Shown: positions 40,171 to 49,360, counted from the stretch's first letter. The stretch: 64,000 bases of DNA from Polyangiaceae bacterium (GCA_033763455.1 JANRKO010000023.1:1-64000); one strand, 5' to 3'. Numbers and translations are program-made. Notes: generated by a model not told the origin, from the sequence alone.

Positions 40171-40334
40171 AGGAATACTTAGCATGCAAAGTATTCCTGT
40201 GCATCGCTGGAAGGCACTACCGCTCATGCATATTCGCTGCGCGCAGCCGACACGCCGTTGAAAGCTCTTCGTAGTTTTACCCACTACTTAGCATGCGAAG
40301 TATTCCTGTTGTTCGCTGGAGGGCACCACCTCTC
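40171..40334. repeat. Two 50-bp imperfect direct repeats, the first overlapping a 28-bp near-perfect palindrome
   Basis: 40176-40225 vs 40285-40334, 43/50 identical by hand alignment; AGGAATACTT-agcatgca-AAGTATTCCT at 40171-40198. Confidence 0.8.
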
Positions 40335-40370
40335 TCGAACGTGGCTCAGCACCTGGGCCTTGGCCGGAAC

Positions 40371-40871
40371 CTACGTGGGCGGTAATAGGCGCCGTGTGAA
40401 GGCGCGTTCTAGCTCGATACGCGCCGCATCCACACGCGCTGTTTCGGCCTGAGGAGTCCACGATTGATCGGGTTCAAGCCGATAGCTGTTCACATATTCG
40501 TGCGGCGGTGCCCCACCGTGATCTTCGGGAGAAAGCATTGAAAAATACAACGAATTATCTATACGCCGGTACAAGTGATAGACGCGGCCCACGGTGCGCT
40601 TGAAGTTGCAAGCGGCCTGGTGAAGATCCAGATCAGCCTTAGCCTTCTGCAGGATCTCCTGTGCCTCAGCTTGCAGCGCGCGCATCTGGTCGAGAATCAC
40701 TTGGAGCCGCGCTCCGGCGTGAGAGCTGACGCTCTGAGATGCGAGCTCAAGCTCCTGGGCGATATTTACCAGCGAGATCGGAGCCTGTAGGCGACTTGTT
40801 GGATAAGGAGCGCTATTGGCCTGCCCTTGATGATTACCCCCGCTGTAGCGACTCTCCTCACTGCCGGACAT
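40371..40871 (-). CDS. DUF2452-like protein
   Basis: Coiled segment then LH.AACNF....G..YHLY.....YFSMLSP...Y.L..D.SW pattern. Confidence 0.7.
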   Translation of the reverse strand: MSGSEESRYSGGNHQGQANSAPYPTSRLQAPISLVNIAQELELASQSVSSHAGARLQVILDQMRALQAEAQEILQKAKADLDLHQAACNFKRTVGRVYHLYRRIDNSLYFSMLSPEDHGGAPPHEYVNSYRLEPDQSWTPQAETARVDAARIELERAFTRRLLPPT

Positions 40872-41054
40872 ATGGGGGTGTGTCTAACTCGCCGCACCGC
40901 GGATGCAAGCTCCGACTATTTTACCCGGCGCGCCGGCAAAGCCCGGGTGTAGTGCACACTCACGCGGTCACTCAGGGTGGGGGGCCGCGTGAACTCGCCG
41001 CTCACTTTTCCCCGGGATTTTGGGGGTGACTTGACGCTGGCCCCAGCCTGACGC

Positions 41055-41070
41055 ATCCATACATCCGGAT
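41055..41070. promoter_or_regulatory. Possible autoregulatory SahR-type operator ATCC-N8-GGAT
   Basis: Short palindrome abutting the start of the ArsR-methyltransferase gene; TTGACG at 41031-41036. Confidence 0.4.
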
Positions 41071-42083
41071 TGATGAATGGTTCCTTTGACGCTGTATTGA
41101 GCTGGATGTCAGCTCTCTCGGAGCCTGCCCGGGTGCGGGTCTTGCGTTTGGTTGAGCAGCATGAGCTCAGCGTCGCCGAGCTTTGCCAGGTCCTACAGCT
41201 CCCACAATCCACGACTAGCCGACATCTGAAGCACCTCTGCGATGAGGGGTGGCTTGAGCCCCGAAAGGATGGGCGCAATCGCTACTATCGGATGCGTCGC
41301 TCGCAACTTGGGTCCCCTGCTAGGAAATTTTGGAAGCTGGTGCGTGAGCAATTCGACGAGGACGCGAGCAGCCATGAAGACGACGCTCGGCTTGAGCGGG
41401 TGATGCAAGAACGGCAAACTCAGAGCCAGGCATTTTTTGCGAGCAGCGCGGGCCGTTGGGACAAGCTCCGTTCCGAGCTTTTCGGCGAGCACGTGGCGCT
41501 CACCGCGATTGGCGCCCTATTGCAAGACCAAGTAGTCGCCGATTTGGGCTGCGGCACCGGCCAGCTACTGGAGCTCATTGCGCCTTTTTGCGAACACGCT
41601 TTTGGAGTCGATCAGTCCGCGGCGATGATCAAAAGTGCTCGGCAAAGGTTGAAGAGCCTCTCCAAGGTTACGCTCCTTCGCACCTCCCTCGAAGAACTGC
41701 CACTTGAAGAAGCCTCACTCGACACAGCCCTCATGGTCCTGGTGCTGCACCATCTCCCGCAACCAACCCAAACTCTCGCTGAAGCCTTGCGCGCGCTCCG
41801 CCCGGGTGGGCGCCTGATTGTGCTCGATATGCAGGCCCACGAGCGCGAAGATTACCGCCAACAAATGGGCCATATTTGGCTTGGTTTCAGCGCTGAACAG
41901 TTGCGCTCTTGGTTCACCGAAGTGGGCTTTGCTCGCTTCACTTACACCCCCTTTTCCCCCAACCCGAACGCAAAGGGGCCCTCCCTTTTTGTTGGGGTCG
42001 GATACAAAACCGCATCTGCTGGCGCTTCTGGCTTGGGCTTCTCTAAGCCTCAATCAGAACGCCAGCGGGGCACTCTCAATTGA
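41070..42083 (+). CDS. ArsR-family HTH fused to a SAM-dependent methyltransferase domain (SahR-like regulator)
   Basis: ELSV.EL..VL..PQSTTSRHL HTH; DLGCGTG SAM motif; MVLVLHH; directly upstream of ahcY. Confidence 0.88.
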   Translation: MMNGSFDAVLSWMSALSEPARVRVLRLVEQHELSVAELCQVLQLPQSTTSRHLKHLCDEGWLEPRKDGRNRYYRMRRSQLGSPARKFWKLVREQFDEDASSHEDDARLERVMQERQTQSQAFFASSAGRWDKLRSELFGEHVALTAIGALLQDQVVADLGCGTGQLLELIAPFCEHAFGVDQSAAMIKSARQRLKSLSKVTLLRTSLEELPLEEASLDTALMVLVLHHLPQPTQTLAEALRALRPGGRLIVLDMQAHEREDYRQQMGHIWLGFSAEQLRSWFTEVGFARFTYTPFSPNPNAKGPSLFVGVGYKTASAGASGLGFSKPQSERQRGTLN

Positions 42084-42107
42084 ACAAGAAGAAACGAGGC
42101 ATGCACC

Positions 42108-43550
42108 ATGGGTCGACCCAAATTTAAAGTTGCAGATTTATCACTCGCGGAGCTCGGTAGAAAAGAGATCCGCCTCGCCGAACAAGAGATGCCTGGGCTC
42201 ATGGCCCTCCGCAAAACCTACGGTGACAAAGCCCCCCTGCGTGGCGTCAAGGTTGCTGGCTCCTTGCACATGACGGTGCAAACGGCCGTATTGATCGAAA
42301 CCCTTACCGCACTCGGCGCTGACGTGCGTTGGGCATCGTGCAACATCTTCAGCACTCAAGACAGCGCTGCGGCAGCCGTCGCAGTGGGCCCTAAAGGCAC
42401 CGTTGAGAACCCACAGGGGGTTCCGGTGTTCGCTTGGAAAGGCGAAACGCTCGAGGAGTATTGGTGGTGCACCGAAGAGATGCTCACCTGGCCAGACGGC
42501 TCCGGCCCCACGCAGATTGTAGATGATGGCGGCGACGCCACGCTTCTTATCGTGAAGGGTGCCGAGTACGAACGCGCCGGAAAAATCCCCGAGTTCGACC
42601 CCGCCAATGACCCCGCTGAGTGGGGCATTATTTTGGACGTAATGCGGAAAACCGCCAAAACAGAGCCGAAAAAGTGGAGCCGCTTCGCTGAAATGTGCCG
42701 CGGCGTGAGCGAGGAAACAACCACCGGCGTGCATCGCCTGTACGAGATGCAGAAGAAGGGCACCCTGCCCTTCCCCGCTATCAACGTGAACGACTGCGTG
42801 ACCAAGAGCAAGTTTGACAACCTGTACGGCTGCCGCCACTCGCTCATCGACGGCATTAACCGCGCCTCGGACGTCATGCTCGGCGGAAAGGTCGCCGTGG
42901 TTTGTGGTTATGGCGATGTTGGTAAGGGTTGTGCGCAATCGCTTCGCGGCCAAGGCTGCCGAGTGATCGTCACCGAGATTGACCCCATCTGCGCGCTCCA
43001 GGCTGCGATGGAAGGCTACGAAGTGAAGACGCTAGAAGATGTGGTAAGCTCAGCGGATATCTTCGTTACCTGCACGGGCAACAAAGACATCATCACCGTC
43101 GCCCACATGCAAAAGATGAAAGATAAGGCCATTGTGGGCAATATCGGCCATTTCGATAACGAGATCGACATCGCTGGGCTCACCAAGCTAAGCGGCGTTG
43201 AACGCATTCGCATCAAAGATCAGTTTGACGAATGGCGTTTTGCAGACGGCCACAGCATTCTAATGCTCGCCGAAGGCCGCCTCTTGAATCTCGGCTGCGC
43301 CACAGGCCACCCGAGCTTCGTCATGAGCACCTCATTTTCGAATCAGGTATTGGCACAGCTCGAGCTTCACCAGAACCAGGCAAAATACCGCAACGAAGTC
43401 TACGTGCTGCCCAAGCACTTGGACGAAATGGTGGCACGCCTGCATCTCGATAAGCTCGGCGTTAAGCTAACCACCCTCACGAAGTCGCAGGCGGACTACC
43501 TCGGCCTCGCGGTGGAAGGCCCCTACAAGCCCGAACACTACCGCTACTGA
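42108..43550 (+). CDS. ahcY: Adenosylhomocysteinase
   Basis: [41 protein letters not shown]-terminal YRY. Confidence 0.98.
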   Translation: MGRPKFKVADLSLAELGRKEIRLAEQEMPGLMALRKTYGDKAPLRGVKVAGSLHMTVQTAVLIETLTALGADVRWASCNIFSTQDSAAAAVAVGPKGTVENPQGVPVFAWKGETLEEYWWCTEEMLTWPDGSGPTQIVDDGGDATLLIVKGAEYERAGKIPEFDPANDPAEWGIILDVMRKTAKTEPKKWSRFAEMCRGVSEETTTGVHRLYEMQKKGTLPFPAINVNDCVTKSKFDNLYGCRHSLIDGINRASDVMLGGKVAVVCGYGDVGKGCAQSLRGQGCRVIVTEIDPICALQAAMEGYEVKTLEDVVSSADIFVTCTGNKDIITVAHMQKMKDKAIVGNIGHFDNEIDIAGLTKLSGVERIRIKDQFDEWRFADGHSILMLAEGRLLNLGCATGHPSFVMSTSFSNQVLAQLELHQNQAKYRNEVYVLPKHLDEMVARLHLDKLGVKLTTLTKSQADYLGLAVEGPYKPEHYRY

Positions 43551-43608
43551 GAGTCGCAGCGGTGTAGCCAGAAGGCCTACGAAGTTGCGTAGCCAGAAGG
43601 CGAGAGAG

Positions 43609-43646
43609 AGCCGAGTCAAACCGAGTGTTTGCTCGGCTTTTTCTTT
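43609..43646 (+). terminator. Intrinsic terminator after ahcY
   Basis: AGCCGAG(T)CAAAC-loop-GTTTGCTCGGCT hairpin followed by TTTTCTTT. Confidence 0.75.
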
Positions 43647-43701
43647 GGTCGCAGCGGCCATCTCGACAGCCCCGAGCCACCCGGGGTAGAGGGGGGCCCC
43701 T

Positions 43702-44940
43702 ATGGCCAACAAGCTTTTCATCGAGAACGTCGACGTTACGGGCAAGCGCGCGCTAGTTCGCGTGGATTTCAACGTGCCACTCAAGGATGGCGTGGTCGAG
43801 AACGACAAGCGCATCCAAGAGTCGCTACCCACCATCAAGTACCTGTGTTCCAAGGGTGCGAAGGTGATCCTCATGTCGCACCTCGGTCGTCCGGATGGTG
43901 AAAGGAAGCCGGAGCTCAGCCTGCGGCCAGTGGCCAAGGCACTCTCGGCGCTGTTGGGGGCCGAGGTTGCCTTCGTCGAAGAATGCGTAGGCGCGGCCGC
44001 AGAAGCCGCTGTCAACAAGCTCTCGGCGGGAAGCGTCCTCTTGCTAGAGAACGTTCGCTTTCATTGGGAGGAAGAATACATCGACAAGCCGGGCAAGGAG
44101 GATCCCACCAAAGAGGCAGCGGCCAACGAGTTTGCACGCAAGTTGGCAACGCTCGGAGATCTCTACATCAATGATGCTTTTGGTACGGCTCACAGGAAGC
44201 ATGGCTCGACCGCCCGCATCACAGCGTTTCTAAAACCTGCAGCTGCCGGTTACTTGATGAAAAAGGAATTGGATTATTTGGGTGGAGCCCTCACCGAACC
44301 CAAACGGCCGTTCGTGGCTGTGATTGGCGGCTCCAAGGTGTCCAGCAAGCTTAAGGTGCTCGAAAGCCTGCTACCCCGCGTGGATAAGCTGCTGATTGGT
44401 GGCGGCATGACGTACACGTTCTTGAAAGCAAAGGGCCTGGAAGTGGGCAATTCTATTTGCGAGCTCGACCAGGTGGAAAAGGCGCAAAAACTGCTCGCCT
44501 CGGCTCCGGATAAGATCGTATTGGGGGAAGATTTTGTGGTCACCGAAAAGTTGGATTTCGACGCACGCACGGTTTCGCCTACCAAGGTTGTTCCCCAGAA
44601 TGGAATCGCTGCAGGCTGGGAAGCGGTCGATATTGGGCCAGCTTCCACTGAGAAGTTTTCGTCCATCATCGCCAGCGCCAAGACGGTTTTGTGGAACGGC
44701 CCCGTAGGCGTCTTCGAGATCGATGCGGCGGCACGTGGCACAATCGCCGTAGCCGAAGCCATGGCACGCGCAACCGCCGCTGGTGCCACCACCGTCGTTG
44801 GTGGCGGCGATTCAGCCTCTGCCGTGAAGAAAGCCAAAGTGGCCGACAAGGTTTCGCACGTCTCCACGGGCGGCGGCGCCTCGCTTGAGTTCCTCGAGAG
44901 CTTCTCGCTTGTCGGCGTAGAAGCCCTTTCGAACGCCTGA
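43702..44940 (+). CDS. pgk: Phosphoglycerate kinase
   Basis: RVDFNVP, SHLGRP, LLENVRF, NDAFGTAHR, WNGP.GVFE, STGGGASLE. Confidence 0.97.
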   Translation: MANKLFIENVDVTGKRALVRVDFNVPLKDGVVENDKRIQESLPTIKYLCSKGAKVILMSHLGRPDGERKPELSLRPVAKALSALLGAEVAFVEECVGAAAEAAVNKLSAGSVLLLENVRFHWEEEYIDKPGKEDPTKEAAANEFARKLATLGDLYINDAFGTAHRKHGSTARITAFLKPAAAGYLMKKELDYLGGALTEPKRPFVAVIGGSKVSSKLKVLESLLPRVDKLLIGGGMTYTFLKAKGLEVGNSICELDQVEKAQKLLASAPDKIVLGEDFVVTEKLDFDARTVSPTKVVPQNGIAAGWEAVDIGPASTEKFSSIIASAKTVLWNGPVGVFEIDAAARGTIAVAEAMARATAAGATTVVGGGDSASAVKKAKVADKVSHVSTGGGASLEFLESFSLVGVEALSNA

Positions 44941-45130
44941 TCAGTCAGCGGCGAGAAGTCCGCTGGTGTACGCGAACATAGTCACGACGCTCTATGCGCG
45001 TGTGCGCTCATGGAGCGTCGTGACTATCGCAAAACGCACGGAAAGAGCTGCGCCTCGGTTAGCCCGGGGCCGTGCGGCAGACTCAGCTAGAACCGCGGCG
45101 CCTTGGGCCGTAGCCGAGACACCTTCACTT

Positions 45131-47188
45131 TCACGGCCCCACACTCTTCGCACACCGAAACCCAATGCCATGGCTTACCGCTGTGGGCACGTTTGCGTAG
45201 CGAAATGACGGGCGAAGCCAGGACACCATTGAGCCGTTCCATGAGCCGCCACGAATTACTCGCCGCTCACCCGAGGCGGGGCCTGTGGGGTTCTTCTTGT
45301 CGGTGGGATCGTAGTCCACATACCAATCTGCAACCCATTCCCACACGTTGCCCACTACGTCGTAAGGGCCGAAGCGGGAGCGACCTTTGGGGAATTTGCC
45401 GACCGGCGCGGTAGTTGGGAAACCATCATCGCCAGCATAAAGCGCTTCGAGCGGCTGCTTGTTCGCCTTGCCCCAAGCGACACACTCGGCGCCGCAAGCA
45501 TTTAAGTGCTCGGGCGTGGGAGCCTCATCCCCCCACGGATAAACGCGGCCATCGGGACCGCGTGTAGCGTATTCCCATTCTGCTTCCGTGGGCAAACGTT
45601 TGCCCTCTGCCCTGCAGAAGGTATCCGCCTGCTGCCAATCGACGCAGTTGATCGGATGGTCCGTCTTGGCGGGATCGGTGATGGTACAGAGCGCTGAATA
45701 GGTCTCTTTATCGTGGGGTGTGATGTTGGGCCACTCCACCTCCGTGTGCGCGCGCTTGCATTTTCCAGAATCCGAACAGGCTTTGTATTTTGCGGCCGTT
45801 ACCTCGTAAAGATCAATGCAATAGGCCGCGAGTTGCACGTTGTGGGCGGGCTTTTCATTGGCCGGAGCGTCTTTTACGTCTGAGCCCTGGAAGTATTGCC
45901 CGGCTGGGATTTCGGCCATTCCGTCTGGACAGCTCGGCTTGGCTTCGGCCGCTGCAACCGCTGCGGATGGCGTGGCAGATGGCGGCTGTGTTGCCGCAAC
46001 AGATTCAGGTGCTGGCGCCGAACCACGCGTTGCGAAGTAGCCACCAGCCCCCGCAACCACGACAGCCAACCCAAGCCCAACCATCAAACCCGTCTTGCTT
46101 TTGCCTTCGCCCGTTGACGCACCGTGGGTGCTTACCGTGGAAGGTGTGCCTGTCGGTAGGCGGCTACCGGTAGTGCGATCGAGTAATGCCGCCGGAGCAA
46201 GCTCCGTTGCCGCAAACGTGTGATGGGTGACTGCCGCCGGAGACGCAACCTGATTGGCGCAAGCCTGAAGCAGCGCATCCGAGAACTCTTTGGCACGAGC
46301 GAAGCGTTCCCCAGGATTCACGGCCAACGCCTTGGCAAATACCGCTTCCACGGCGTCTGGCACGCTCAGCCCGAGGCTGCGCGGAGTGGGCCGCCGTTCG
46401 GGATTTCCAGAGGCAAAACCCAACTGCACGATATCCTCCCCGTCCAGGCACGAGCGGCGAGTGAGCAGCTCCACACCCACCAAAGCGAGAGCAAACACGT
46501 CTGTCCAAGGGCCGGTGGCGCCGTAGGAACGGCTGAATTGCTCGGGAGCGCCGTAGTGCGGAGTGAAGCTGGTGACGCTCATGCCCGTTTTAGCCAACGC
46601 CGCCTTAAGCTCAGTGTTTTCGTTCATCATCTTAGCGACGCCAAAATCCAAGATCTTCACGACGGAACTGGGCGAGCGCTCCTGCCCGCCGAGCACGAAC
46701 AAATTTGCGGGCTTGATGTCTCGATGCGCGATGCCCTTGCCGTGGGCTACATCGAGCGCGCTACAAACCTGGCTCATCAGCTGAGCCACTTCGCCCAGGC
46801 TCCAAGGCGCTCGCCCTTGAGCACGCTCGCGTTCGAGGAGCTCATCCAGCGCGAGCCCATCCAACCATTCCAACACCATGTAGGGCATCCAATCGCCCTC
46901 GGGGCTGGTGAAGGATGCAACGTCTCGCGCCTGTACAATGCCCGCGGTATGGCTGGAAAGCTCCGTGAGGAGCGCCCCCTCTTGAATGAACGCTTGTTGA
47001 AATTGATCGCGTTGATCGCGCGGCACATGCGAGAGCCCGTTGAAGAACTTGATGGCAACCGGTTTGTTCCAGATCGTGTGCTGGGCGCGGTAAACCACCG
47101 CGAACCCTCCCTCGCCAACGAGCTTCTCGACGCGGTACTTCTCCGCAATGGTGGTGCCAACAATGTTCAGTGGGTCTCGGTCGCTCAT
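45131..47188 (-). CDS. Ser/Thr protein kinase - transmembrane - FGE-sulfatase (SUMF1)-like domain fusion
   Basis: GEGGFAVV, VAIK, HRDIKPAN, DFG, APE; one TM helix; RLPTEAEWE, YPWG, GNVWEW, RGGSW, GFRC. Confidence 0.92.
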   Translation of the reverse strand: MSDRDPLNIVGTTIAEKYRVEKLVGEGGFAVVYRAQHTIWNKPVAIKFFNGLSHVPRDQRDQFQQAFIQEGALLTELSSHTAGIVQARDVASFTSPEGDWMPYMVLEWLDGLALDELLERERAQGRAPWSLGEVAQLMSQVCSALDVAHGKGIAHRDIKPANLFVLGGQERSPSSVVKILDFGVAKMMNENTELKAALAKTGMSVTSFTPHYGAPEQFSRSYGATGPWTDVFALALVGVELLTRRSCLDGEDIVQLGFASGNPERRPTPRSLGLSVPDAVEAVFAKALAVNPGERFARAKEFSDALLQACANQVASPAAVTHHTFAATELAPAALLDRTTGSRLPTGTPSTVSTHGASTGEGKSKTGLMVGLGLAVVVAGAGGYFATRGSAPAPESVAATQPPSATPSAAVAAAEAKPSCPDGMAEIPAGQYFQGSDVKDAPANEKPAHNVQLAAYCIDLYEVTAAKYKACSDSGKCKRAHTEVEWPNITPHDKETYSALCTITDPAKTDHPINCVDWQQADTFCRAEGKRLPTEAEWEYATRGPDGRVYPWGDEAPTPEHLNACGAECVAWGKANKQPLEALYAGDDGFPTTAPVGKFPKGRSRFGPYDVVGNVWEWVADWYVDYDPTDKKNPTGPASGERRVIRGGSWNGSMVSWLRPSFRYANVPTAVSHGIGFRCAKSVGP

Positions 47189-47226
47189 CGTGCTCCTCGA
47201 ACTTACTAGGCGGCTTTGAGGTTACT

Positions 47227-48063
47227 TCAGATCGGCGAACTCTGGATACTCCCTGCGGTGGGTTCGGTCGCAGGCCCGAGCAGCGCGCCACGTGCTGCTA
47301 GATCGGCAAGCAGGCGAGCTACACCCTGGAGCTCTGACTCGGAGAGCGCAATGCCATGCGCGGAATACGCCTCGGTGAGCGCTTGGCCTAACGTTAACCG
47401 CTTCTGCAACAGGCCTCCCAAGATCTCGGCGGCCACGGGCGACAGCTCTAGGTAACGAACGTCATGCTCTGGACTTCGATAGACCAGTAGATGCGTGCGG
47501 GCAGCCTTGGGCTCCGAGCGATCCTCAATGTCAGCGCTAAGCTGGTGCACCGCGTATTCGTAGCGGACCAAGCGGCAAGCTTCGGTAAACCGCACCCCCC
47601 GTTCGAGCTCCAACCCCTCCGGCACCTCGGGGATAGGTGTATTCACCGCGGCCGCAACTTCAATTCTCAGGGACTCATGGCGCCCCAAATCGTGCGCCCA
47701 AGCGGGGATCCGCGCGTCCACCGGCCAAAGCGGTGCTACGAACGCGAGAAACTCGGGGGTCACGTCGCGCAGGTAGTGAGTGGCTGGTGCCTGTTCACTC
47801 AAAAAACGCTCGAAATATTCGTCAAACAAGCGCCCCAAACGTGCCACCAACCGAGGCATGCCGAGCTCCATCGCGTCACGGAGGGTGGCATGTATCAGGC
47901 GACGATATACGGCTATCTTTGGCATTTGTTGGCGTAGCTCTTCACGCTCTGCCTCCGCCAAATCTAGCTTGGCCAAAGCCGCTGCGACGGCGTCCGGATC
48001 AGTCGCGTCGAATTCGCGGCTAAATACCACGTGCTCAAACAGCGTTTCACGCGCTTCTTGCAC
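47227..48063 (-). CDS. MNIO partner protein (DUF2063 / HvfC-BufC-like peptide-modification partner)
   Basis: AVYRRLI...L....PR, F..FL....P...YL.D...EF..F and DL.R.E pattern; overlaps the DUF692 stop; GTG at 48063 with GGGAG upstream. Confidence 0.8.
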   Translation of the reverse strand: MQEARETLFEHVVFSREFDATDPDAVAAALAKLDLAEAEREELRQQMPKIAVYRRLIHATLRDAMELGMPRLVARLGRLFDEYFERFLSEQAPATHYLRDVTPEFLAFVAPLWPVDARIPAWAHDLGRHESLRIEVAAAVNTPIPEVPEGLELERGVRFTEACRLVRYEYAVHQLSADIEDRSEPKAARTHLLVYRSPEHDVRYLELSPVAAEILGGLLQKRLTLGQALTEAYSAHGIALSESELQGVARLLADLAARGALLGPATEPTAGSIQSSPI

Positions 48064-48952
48064 GGCGTTCGCTCTCCCTTCGTGCGACGTGCATCGAAAG
48101 CGCCCGCTGATACACACCCTCGAGTTCGCTCACCTCCCGTACCAATTCCGGCAACGGTGGGACCTTGTTGTCACGCTCTAGCAAGACGGGCAAAGGCCCC
48201 GTTCGTTCAATCACCCACGTCAGAAGGTCACTCACACCGGGAACGACAGGAGCACCATGGGTGTCCACCAGCATGCCCCAAGAGGAGCTTTCGTGCCCGG
48301 CGATGTGCACCTCCACCACTTTCTCAAGTGGCAGTTTTCGGAGATAATCTAACGCTTCAAAACCGTGATTTCGGGCGTTCACGAACACGTTGTTCACATC
48401 CAACAACAGGCTCGCCCCACTTCTGTGGAGCAATTCACCGATAAAGTCCGCTTCCGGGATCTCTCCCGAGCCCGGCGCCGCATAATACGTAATGTTTTCA
48501 ATCACGATCGGTACATTCAAGTCGCCCTCTAGGCGCTGAATGCGTTCACTCGTGCGTGCCAACGAGGCTTTGGTAAAAGCCATCGGCAAAAGCTCATGTG
48601 TCATCCTTCCCCCCGTGTGAGAGAACGAAAGGTGATCAGAATGCCAAGGCGACTTCACGCGCTCAACTTCTGCGCAGAGTGCGCGTACGAAGCTCGGCTC
48701 CGGCTCGCGCATACTCCCTAAAGAGAGAGTAAGCCCGTGCGTTACCAACGCATAGCGCTCCCCCACTCGCTCCAGCACCTCCGGATAATAGCCCCCCCGC
48801 TGCATATAATTTTCTGGCGATACCTCCAGGAAAGCTAAGGCAAGCTGGGGCGCCTCCAGCAGCTCTTCGAGAAAATCCCAACGCAGGCCCAACCCCACTC
48901 CCGGTGGTAACCGGTGTTTTTCGGTGCCGCCCGAAGGAGTGAGGTTAGCCAT
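48047..48952 (-). CDS. DUF692-family multinuclear non-heme iron oxidative enzyme (MNIO)
   Basis: GVGLGLR, EVSPENY, THGLTLSLG, HSDHL, IENIT, LLLDVNN, EVHIAGH, DTHG, LERD: full metal-ligand pattern. Confidence 0.95.
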   Translation of the reverse strand: MANLTPSGGTEKHRLPPGVGLGLRWDFLEELLEAPQLALAFLEVSPENYMQRGGYYPEVLERVGERYALVTHGLTLSLGSMREPEPSFVRALCAEVERVKSPWHSDHLSFSHTGGRMTHELLPMAFTKASLARTSERIQRLEGDLNVPIVIENITYYAAPGSGEIPEADFIGELLHRSGASLLLDVNNVFVNARNHGFEALDYLRKLPLEKVVEVHIAGHESSSWGMLVDTHGAPVVPGVSDLLTWVIERTGPLPVLLERDNKVPPLPELVREVSELEGVYQRALSMHVARRESERRARSA

Positions 48953-48967
48953 GCGAGCAGCGAAACC

Positions 48968-49360
48968 TTAGCCGCAGGTTCCTGCCCCACAACCTGCTTT
49001 GGCGCCCGCCATCTTCTTCTTGGCAGGCTTCTTTGCGGGAGCTGCTGCCGCAGGCGCCGCATCCGCTGCTTCGCCTTCGGGCTTGGCTTCAGGTTTCGCT
49101 GCTGTGGCAGCGTCAGCCGCTGGCTTCTCTGTTGCCGACGCCGGTGCTTCCGGTGCGGCCTCGGCCGGCGCTTCGGGTGTGGCGGCATCAGCGGGTGCTT
49201 CTGGTGCGGCGGCGGCATCAGCGGCAGGGGCCTCGGCTGGGACCTCCGTGGCTTGAGCGGCGCTTTCGGGTGCAGGGGTAGCAGACCCACAGGCCACCAA
49301 GCCCGAAGCACTCAGAGCGGCCAAGGTTGCGGCAATCGCGGGAAATGAAAGTTTATGCAT
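48968..49360 (-). CDS. Putative MNIO precursor: lipoprotein with Ala/Pro/Glu-rich stalk and C-terminal GCGAGTCG core
   Basis: AAGGAG RBS; LVAC lipobox (Cys24); the only other Cys are C124 and C129; ends 15 bp before the MNIO start. Confidence 0.82.
   Translation of the reverse strand: MHKLSFPAIAATLAALSASGLVACGSATPAPESAAQATEVPAEAPAADAAAAPEAPADAATPEAPAEAAPEAPASATEKPAADAATAAKPEAKPEGEAADAAPAAAAPAKKPAKKKMAGAKAGCGAGTCG

Noticed and set aside
40078..40334. Possible CRISPR or mini-array
   Set aside because: The 14-bp repeats have only 6- and 12-bp gaps, the longer unit has two imperfect copies, and there are no cas genes in the window
40872..42107. SAH or SAM riboswitch upstream of ahcY
   Set aside because: No recognisable riboswitch core by eye; only 24 bp separate the regulator and ahcY, and a protein regulator explains control
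42141..47209. Long antisense ORFs (42141-42953 -, 46220-47209 +) and similar ones elsewhere
   Set aside because: They lie opposite well-supported genes, as expected from high-GC codon bias, and show no motifs
48835..49348. Alternative Arg/Cys-rich or Pro-rich ORFs overlapping the precursor (48914-49348 +, 48835-49311 -)
   Set aside because: Shadow frames of the low-complexity Ala/Pro coding sequence; only the 48968-49360 frame has an RBS, a signal peptide and operon fit
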